Origin: Salpingoeca rosetta
Taxonomy: Eukaryota > Protista > Choanoflagellata
Assembly: GCA_033442325.1 (NCBI GenBank)
Contig: JAWQFM010000008.1
Coordinates: 124,001-188,000 of the forward strand
Direction: 5' to 3'
Length of the DNA: 64,000 bases
The notes under the pieces were generated by a model. That model was given only the letters and a program-made list of their open reading frames with translations, did no database searches and was not told the DNA's origin. Below, piece after piece: positions 55,898 to 64,000 of the stretch (the stretch's first letter is position 1; every line of letters begins with the position of its first letter). Both the position numbers and the translations under genes were made by a program.

Positions 55898-57327
55898 ACA
55901 CATACTGCTGCGTCTGCCCTCTCACATCTGCCTGCACACGTCGACCTTCTGCCTTCCATATCTGGTGCAGGTGAATCTTGGCCTGCACGGCTACCACGAG
56001 CGGTACTACAAGCTCAAGTTTGGCGACAGCGTGCAGCCCCGCGACGTGGCGCGCGCATATGTGGAGGGCCTGTGCTGGGTCATGAAGTACTACTACGAGG
56101 TACGCGCGCGTGGTTCCGGTGGTGTGACACAGGATCATTATCGTCATCACCATCATCACCATCATCAACAACAACAAAAACAACCACAACAACAACGTCC
56201 ATTGCCACGACAACGATCGAACTCACATGTTTTACGCGTGCGCGTCTGCTCCCTGTTTGTACGTCCGCATCGTCATTCCTTGCTGTGTCCTGTGCATCAG
56301 GGCTGTCCGTCGTGGAACTGGTTTTACCCATACCATTACGCTCCTTTCGCGCAGGATTTTGTCGACGTTGCCGTGAGTCTTCGTGCACATGCGCCTCAGA
56401 TTGTGGTTACGTTCCAGTAACGTGCCCTTCATCGGCCCAACACGCACACGCCTGTGCTCATGCCGATAGTGTGTGTGTGGTGCTGGTCGCATCGTTTCAG
56501 GGGATGTCGATTCGCTTTGATGGTGGGTCGCCCTTCACGCCGTTCCAGCAGCTGATGGCCGTCTTCCCGCCCGCGTCCTCGCACGCCCTTCCCCAAGCAT
56601 ACAGGAACCTCATGCTGTGAGTGTGATCGTGCATGTGCGTGTGTGCATTTGTGCGTGGCAACCTCTCCCTTGTCTCCCTCCCCCCCCCCCTCCCTTTGCC
56701 TCCCTCTCTCCCTCCAACTCCTTCCCTCACACCTCTTGTACGCCACCGCCACCAATGCCTACCAGGGACCCCAAGAGTCCCATTGCAGACTTTTATCCAC
56801 GCGAGTTTGAACTCGACTTTGACGGTGCCCGGTTTGCCTGGCAGGCCGTGGCCCTCCTCCCCTTTATCGACGTCGGTTGCCGCTGCATGCATGTTGTCTG
56901 CAAAGTAGCGCGTAAATCTGCTTGCTTTGCTGGCTCGATTCTTGCTACATACTTGTGTGAGCGTGTGTTTTCCTGTTTTCGTGCGCGCAAGCTCGCTTGA
57001 CTGCGGTTTGCTGCACTTCTGTCGGAGCACTGATGATGATGTGTTGTGTACGCTGCCGCTCCAACCGCTCGAATGACTCCAACCTCATGTGCCCCCGCTG
57101 CGCCACCAGGAGACGCGCCTGCTGACGGCAATTGCACCGCTGGAGTCGACGCTCACGGAAGAGGAACGGCGGCGAAATGCACGCGGTGTCAACCTCCTTC
57201 ACGTGCACCAGGTGTGGCTGCACAGGTGCACTAACTCATGCGCTCGCACATAAAACGCATCTGCACGCGCGTTAGCATATTAGACTGCGTACTTGCCTGC
57301 AGACGAAGCCCATCTTTGTCCTTGGTG

Positions 57328-57420
<93 letters not shown>

Positions 57421-57775
57421 GTTGTGTTGTGTTGTGTTGTGTTGTGTTGTGCTCCGCTCACATCCACCCTTCTCTACCTCCTGCCCTCTCTTTATTTGTG
57501 TCTCCTTCAGCGCCACCCGCTTGCACTGCAGGTTGTGCCTCTCGACCCTGACTTTAGTGGTGACGACAATGATGCCCGCGAGCACCAGCAGCAGCAGAAA
57601 GAGCAGGAAGAGAACAAGCAGTCGCCAGGTGAGGCTGCCACGGCTGAACAGGCGGGCACACCACTGCTCTCTGAGGCGGAACAGAACGCGCTGGCGGCGG
57701 AGCAGCTGCAGGCCGAGCTCATGGGCGATTACGAGCGCGCAGATGAACTGAAGAGGAAACTCGAAGCTGCACAGC

Positions 57776-57848
<73 letters not shown>

Positions 57849-58950
57849 GTCGGGCAATGTGGTCGTGAATGCGACTGATGCTGCAGCAGCTGAAGCTTAC
57901 AAGACAAGCCTTCCACAGGGTGCAGAAGAGATCAGGGATGTCTCACAGACAGGCATATCTGGGTTTGTTCGCTATTCTCAGCTCTCCGTTGGGCTCGGCG
58001 TCTTGTACACCCCGCCCGAATTTAAGGGGAAAAACACGGACAGTGTGTATCTTCTCAAGGCGTTCACCAATCGCACGGCCATGTCGCAATACTACTTCCC
58101 AGCGCCCTGCAAGCACCAGTCACGCATCCTGCCAGCCTGCACCCTCCCGACCCCTGTGCTGGACAACCTGGACACGATCAACTTCCCCCGCTTCGTGTCT
58201 GTTCCTCGTGGTGGCTACCACGGCGGTCCCCCAATGATGCATGGCCGCTCCCGCGTGCCCTCCCAGTTCCAGCTGGCGGTGGCGCCTGGCGGTGGTGGTG
58301 GTGGCTTCCCTGCCGGCCCGCGCCCCGGTGTGCATTACCGCAATCAGATCACTGCTGCCTTCCACGCACCGCCGCTCCTGCCCACCGGTCCCCAGCAGCA
58401 CGCGCCATACCCCCACCACGACTCGTATCAGCGCGACCCGTATGCAGCAGCACTGCCGCCGCCGTCACACAGGCCACCGTACCGCCCACCAGCGCATGCA
58501 CACGGGCGCGGAACGTACCCTGCGCCTGGTCGTGCCCCGACCCGTCCGCCCTCACAGCTGACCCAGCCATATCTGGGCTCGCGTCCCCCACCCCCGGGCT
58601 CGGTGTACCGGCCGTCGTACCCACCGGCACATGCCGGATCACGCCCGCCACGCGCTGTGTACGGTGGACCCGACAGGCACGCAGCCCCGTACCAGCCACA
58701 ACCGCCAGGGCAGGGATACCGCAGGTACCCTGATCGCCAGCGTGACTATGCGGATTACGGAGCCACACGCTCTGACCAGTATGTGCCCTCTCGCGCGTAC
58801 GGGTCACGCCCGCCGCCACCGCCGCATCAACAGCGCACATATCCAGCCAGCCACGGCGGACCGCCGCCCCCTGCACCGCAGCAACAACAACAGCAGCAGC
58901 AGCAGCAGCAAGGCTATCGTCCCACACACTTTCCCTCTGCGCGCAAGTGA
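49957..58950 (+). CDS. XRN2: 5'-3' exoribonuclease 2 (XRN2/Rat1) with an R3H insertion, multi-exon
   Basis: M|[143 protein letters not shown]. Confidence 0.96.
57329..57415. repeat. (CT)n tract in an XRN2 intron
   Basis: Seen directly. Confidence 0.95.
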
Positions 58951-59489
58951 CTGAACTTTTGTGCACAGTGACCCGTTGGGCTGCGCTGTCTCGGTTGTCG
59001 TGCCACAACTGGCACTCCCTTGTACTACACGCTTGCAGTTTGTGCTTGCTGGCTTCCTTCTCGTGCTCACGTGCACCCTGGCTGGCGATCGACAGACAGT
59101 CTGTTGTCTTGCATGAGCCTGTATGTCACTTTACAACGAGTAAAGCAGCTGTGGTCGACATGGCAGTGTGATGGGTAGAGATGCACAGGTGCAATGTAGG
59201 ATATGGGTTGCGAAATGACAGCCAGCACAACGCGCTCAACAATAAAACACCACTGTGTTCGCATAACAGCGCGGCAACACTCTAATGAGACGAAAAGAGA
59301 GAGGGGGGAACGGATGCGATCATATATTTCATGACACAAAACAGAGGCCGAGCTAGAAGAGGGTGCAAGTGGCTTGATGAATTGATACAACATAGAATAG
59401 AGCACATGCAACACTGCGGCTGCAATGCACAGCAGGAGGTGAAGAAAGCAAGTAAGCATCAAACAGGACCAACGCAAACATGTCACGTG

Positions 59490-62105
59490 TCAGGAAAAGG
59501 GATTGGACGGGTGCCTGCCAAAACTGCCGGTGTTGATGGAGGAGAATGCTGGTGTGGGGGGATTATGCTCGTCCTTCAAAGAGACAGGCAAAAGCTCTTC
59601 TGGATGGTGGTGCACCGTGTCATGCTGGTGGTACTGAGGATGTCGCTGTCGATGTTCACGATGGTGGTGCTGATGTTCGTGGGATTGTGCTTGCCGCTGG
59701 TATCGATGCCCTTGAGAAACAAACGGGGACCCGTCCTTGTTGTCGTTGTCAATGTCACCAGTGCGACCGTCACCACCATCGCCCTGCTGCTCATGACGCT
59801 GCGAGTGAAGAACATACATGTCAGTGTTGTGCGAGATGCTGCTTCTGCTGGAAGTGGAGTCGTTTGACATGGGCGATTTGCCCTCCTCGGCCACCATGTC
59901 GCGAAGCACTGACGCCTGCGCTCGAAGCCGCTGCAGTTCCGCTTGAATGGCACCCTTCTTCGCCTCCTCTTCGCTCACCTGTTCATCATGGCAATGGCGT
60001 GGGTAGTAGTCGTTATTGGCGTTGTGGGCGTGGTGGTGATGGTAGTGTGGTGTGATGGTGGTAGTGGCAGTGTAGTGTGGTGGTGGTAGTGTGGTGGTAG
60101 TGTGGTGTGACCGTGAATGTGTGGGTGTGCGTGAGCACAAGGCGTCATTGGAAGGCTATCCAACATCAAGGCAAGACACACCACCACCTTCCAATTGCCA
60201 TTTCTCAGACAAAGCACCCAAGAGTCATTATATTGCAACAACTGCTGCGATACTTACGCGTTGCTGCAATGCGGCCTCTTCCAGCTTGTCTCGCTGCCGT
60301 CGCTGCCGCATGTACTCGCGCCGCCACTGCCGTGCCGCTTCCTGTCGTATGCACACACAGCACACAAGCACATAGGCACATAGACAATGTATGCACACAC
60401 ACACACACATCATTTGCAATGAGAACCAGCCAGGTTGCAAGGTACATCAACACGTGTTTCCTTGAGAGTTGTGTGCACGGCTGTTGTGAAACATGAGTAT
60501 TTGCTGGCTGTGGCACTTTGTACGCACATCGCGCTCTTCCTTTGTGTTTCCTCGAATCTTCGTTGCGGGCTTGTTCGTTTCTGATGAAGCAACAGTGATC
60601 GTGTGAAAGGTTCGAGGTTAGCTGCGCCATGTTACATGAGACGCAAGAAAAACAATCGCAGTGAACTTGCCCATACACATGCACACGCGCAGATACACTG
60701 CAGGCACACACGCACGCACACGCACACACACACACATGTACCTGAGAAGCGTTGGACTTGTTCCAACTGAATCGGTAGTACCGTACAAGGCATTGCAGTA
60801 TTGATGAGGCGGTGATCATGAATGGTCAATGGTCAACACTCCAACGCTAAACACACGCTCGCAACACCAGCAACTGTCAAACACAGCCCTCTTGCTGTCT
60901 GCATGTGAAGAATGGTGCACATACGCACGCACACACACACACACAATGTCAACGCTGTCAACAGACCGTTGGTTTCTCGTGTCGTTGCAGGACTTGCGCA
61001 CAGAGATCGTGACCACTGTTCACAGCCTCTTGCAGCGCGGTGCGCTGGGAAAGGTTCACCCTTTCCACTAGCAGATACAGCGAGGGCGCATGGACAAACG
61101 CCTGCTCAAGCAACTACGGTGACGAAAACATGCGTTGCACGTGTGTGCCCGTGTGAAATGTGGATGAAGCGTGTGCAAAGAAATGTGAGCCATAAATGTT
61201 TCAAGCGCCTGTGCAGAGGAGAACGCCAACGTGCTGCAAGCGTGCATGTGTGCATATGTGGATGCGTGTTTTCAAAGCAGCGAACATAGATTGCTGGCCC
61301 AAAGGTTACAATGCACAATGCACAAAGCTCTCTCTCTCTTCATACCTCTGCATGTCCTTCCCGACACAATATGTGCAAGAGGGTGTTGCCATCTGCCGTG
61401 GTCTGGAAGGTGATGGGATGGTCGTTACGAGGGAGGTGGACGAGGGTGGAGAGGTAAAGTGAGGCCGTTGCTCGCAGTGGTGGGGAAGCGCACCAGAGCG
61501 AGCTCTCCAACCATGAAATCACGAGGGTGACATGAAACACGTCTAGTCGCACCATCGACCCACACCAAAACAGCATCGCCGGCACTAGTTGTCACCTTAC
61601 CATGTCGCACATGTTGGGGAAACGTTGTAGTAGTGTATGGACGGTGGGCGCCATATTTGTGGCTGCCTGTAGTTACATACGCAAGCGGGCGCACGAAGCA
61701 TGTACTGTGAGCTGCTGTACGCAGCACTGGCCGTGAAATGGCAAGGAAAGAGCGCTGATGGCGGCAGGGATGTGGTTGCAACGCGATTTCCACGGCGTCA
61801 GAACTCGTTCACACTCAGATACACTGCGCAACAACGTCAAGGCGACAGCGCACGAACATCAACACACCGCCCAGTGAAGTGCCGTCATGCCTCGCGTGTC
61901 CTTGATGGTGGGGTCGATGCTCGGGTGTGTAAGCAGCAGCTGCACCAGCTCTTCGTTGCCGTGCGATGCCGCAATGAGAAGTGGGGCCATGCCGTGTGCG
62001 TCTGGCGCGTTGACGTCGACTTGGTACTGCAGCAGCACAGATACCATGCCCGTGTCGCCGCCCGCAACTGCTAACGTGAATGGAGAGTGGCCCTGCCACA
62101 ACAAC

Positions 62106-62151
<46 letters not shown>

Positions 62152-64000
62152 CGCATGCGTGAGGGACAAGGTGGAACGAAGCGCCAGCCCAACATTTGAG
62201 GGTCAGGAGCATTGCCTCGTACACATGCTGACCTCCCGTTTGTGCAAGACATCGTATGCTACAATGTCCAGTTTTGACGCACCTCAGAGGACAGTAGATT
62301 GGGGTTGGCACCATTGGTCAGCAATGCCTGAGCAGTGCCTGTGGCTTGAAGAGACACTGCAATGTGCAAGGCCGGTATGCCATCTGGCGTGCGCACGTTT
62401 GGATCGGCGCCTTGTTGCAGCAGTGCCTGCACGGTCACCGCATCTCCAGAGCACACTGACACCAGAAGTGGCGGGAACGCCGCGCCAGACACGCCGCTTT
62501 CAATGCTGCGGTGCTGGAGCACTGCATGATGGTTGTATTGATGGTGGTGCTCCAGCGGAGTGGCGGAGGTGAAGGGGTTGCGCGTTGGGGCATTGGGGTG
62601 GTCGGGTTTAGACGCTTGCATCGCATACGATTGACTGAACTGTTGCCATGACCCAGAGGTCACCATCATTTCTGGGTTTGCTTGCTGGTCATGCTGTACC
62701 TACGTGCGTGCGTGCGTGCGTGCGTGCAGTGTGTGTGTGTGTGTGTGTGAGTGAGTGTGTATGTGTGTGTGAGTGTGTGTGTGTGTGTGCGCGCATGTGT
62801 ATGTATACCTGAATGAGCAAGCGAAAAGAGTTAGTACCATGGTGTGCGTGTGTGAGCAACAAAGAAACAGGGAGGACAAGCGAAGCATCACACGCAAGCA
62901 TCTCCTGAACACCAACACGAAAACAATACAGCACTGCCACACGACCAACCGCAAAGACGTCGTGGTGCGGGTTGGGCATGAATGGCACGCCACCGGCGGC
63001 AACAAAAGCCGATTCCTCAAACGCGCCATCAGCAACAAAGGGTGGCATGCCCTCCATATCGTCGGCATCACTGGCGCTATTGGTCCCAGGAGAGATGTCT
63101 GCGTACAATGAAGACTTGTCATCGTTCGAGAGGTGGCTCAAGTCATCAAGGTCCAGCATCTGATATGCCCACAGGGATTGTAAGCGTGAGTTACAAAGAC
63201 GAGGCAGGCACAAAGTCAAGTGTCTGTCCAACAACTCGGAGAGGAGATGAGATATGGATCAGGGACGTGTGTGCTCGGACACCACTCGGGCGACTTGTAC
63301 ATGTGGCCGGTACACGTGCATTGGCAAAGAAATGCGCACTTGCTCTTGACCCTGTGGTTGCATGTATGATACACACACGCGCGCGCGCGCGCGCAATCAC
63401 GCACCCGCAGACAGACCACGCACGCTCGCATGGGCACTACACGACATGAGCGTTCGTACAACGCACATCCTATGACTCACATCGTTGTCGAAGCTGTGGT
63501 GTCCTTGTGGGCGCTTTCGCATCTTGAAGAGGGTCAGGATGACCACTGCGATGAGGACAGAGCCTGCAGCCAGCCCAATGACGATGGTCGTGGCTGTCGA
63601 CGACAAGCGGCTTCCTCGGTTTGGCTTGTTCACTGCAACATCGTCGTCATCCACACGTGCGTTGTCATCGTCGTCATCATCGCCATCATTGCCAGGTGGT
63701 TGTGGTGTTGCCGTTGTGTCAGTCGGTTGAGCAGTGGTTCTTGGTGGCTGTGTTGTGACCGGATCCGTTGGCTTGAATGGCGTATGCGGTGCGGTTGTGG
63801 GCGGTGCACTCGACGTGACCTTGTTTGAGGCTATTGAGGGTCGAAACATGTCGCTCGTCGTCGTCGCTAAGCCTGTCGAAGTTGCAAGCGTGGATGAAGT
63901 GGAAGTTGTGACAACAGTGGGTGTTGTTGTTGTTATTGTTGTTGCTGTGGTGGTGGTGGCGGTGGCGGTTGTTGTTGCTGTGGCGGTTGTATTTGTAGTG
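59490..64000 (-). CDS. 3' part of a single-pass membrane protein: Thr-rich stalk, TM, Notch-like ankyrin repeats, bZIP-like domain (5' end outside window)
   Basis: Phase-compatible GT-AG exons: >64000-63481, 63159-62950, 62699-62283, 62092-61868, 61666-61601, 61402-61346, 61113-60967, 60766-60742, 60580-60528, 60341-60258, 59978-59490. TM is IVIGLAAGSVLIAVVILTLF followed by KMRKR. Ankyrin motifs include GIPALHIAV, GHSPFTLAV, GMAPLLIAA, GMTALHWAA and GNTLLHILC. Confidence 0.8.

Noticed and set aside
61141-61208. Extra exon ALETFMAHISL... in the ankyrin region
   Set aside because: It has no phase-compatible donor, and the acceptor at 61113 gives a cleaner ankyrin reading (GHAE|LLEQ).
62950-63159. 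Independent ankyrin gene starting at ATG 63159
   Set aside because: The ATG directly follows a CAG acceptor in phase with the strong GTGAGT donor at 63480, so fusion with the TM exon is favoured, though not proven.
62950-63525. Calling the receptor a true Notch ortholog
   Set aside because: No WxP RAM motif and no LNR/NOD segment next to the TM are visible, and the ectodomain lies outside the window.

Overview
Intron-dense eukaryotic genomic DNA. Short GT-AG introns packed with (CA)n/(TG)n microsatellites, polyQ-rich coding exons and the gene content suggest a choanoflagellate such as Salpingoeca rosetta (inferred from sequence style, not proven). Most six-frame ORFs are repeat artefacts, so genes were rebuilt by hand-splicing. 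Thirteen protein-coding genes can be supported: a Q/S-rich unknown, an HhH-GPD DNA glycosylase, a TTI2-like protein, a claudin-superfamily tetraspan, QCR7/UQCRB, RPS26, MINDY4, an ICME-like alpha/beta hydrolase, CAD/URA2, ER FKBP2, an intronless polyQ protein, XRN2, and the 3' part of a single-pass membrane protein. The top finding is that last gene. It splices in frame into a Thr-rich stalk, a TM helix, Notch-like ankyrin repeats, a bZIP-like basic zipper and a PEST-like tail, making it a candidate Notch-like receptor with its own DNA-binding module. Also notable: CAD has a catalytically dead dihydroorotase domain (as in fungal Ura2), XRN2 carries an inserted R3H domain, and a perfect 22-bp double AP-1 palindrome lies in a divergent promoter. 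No database searches were run; family calls rest on recalled motifs.
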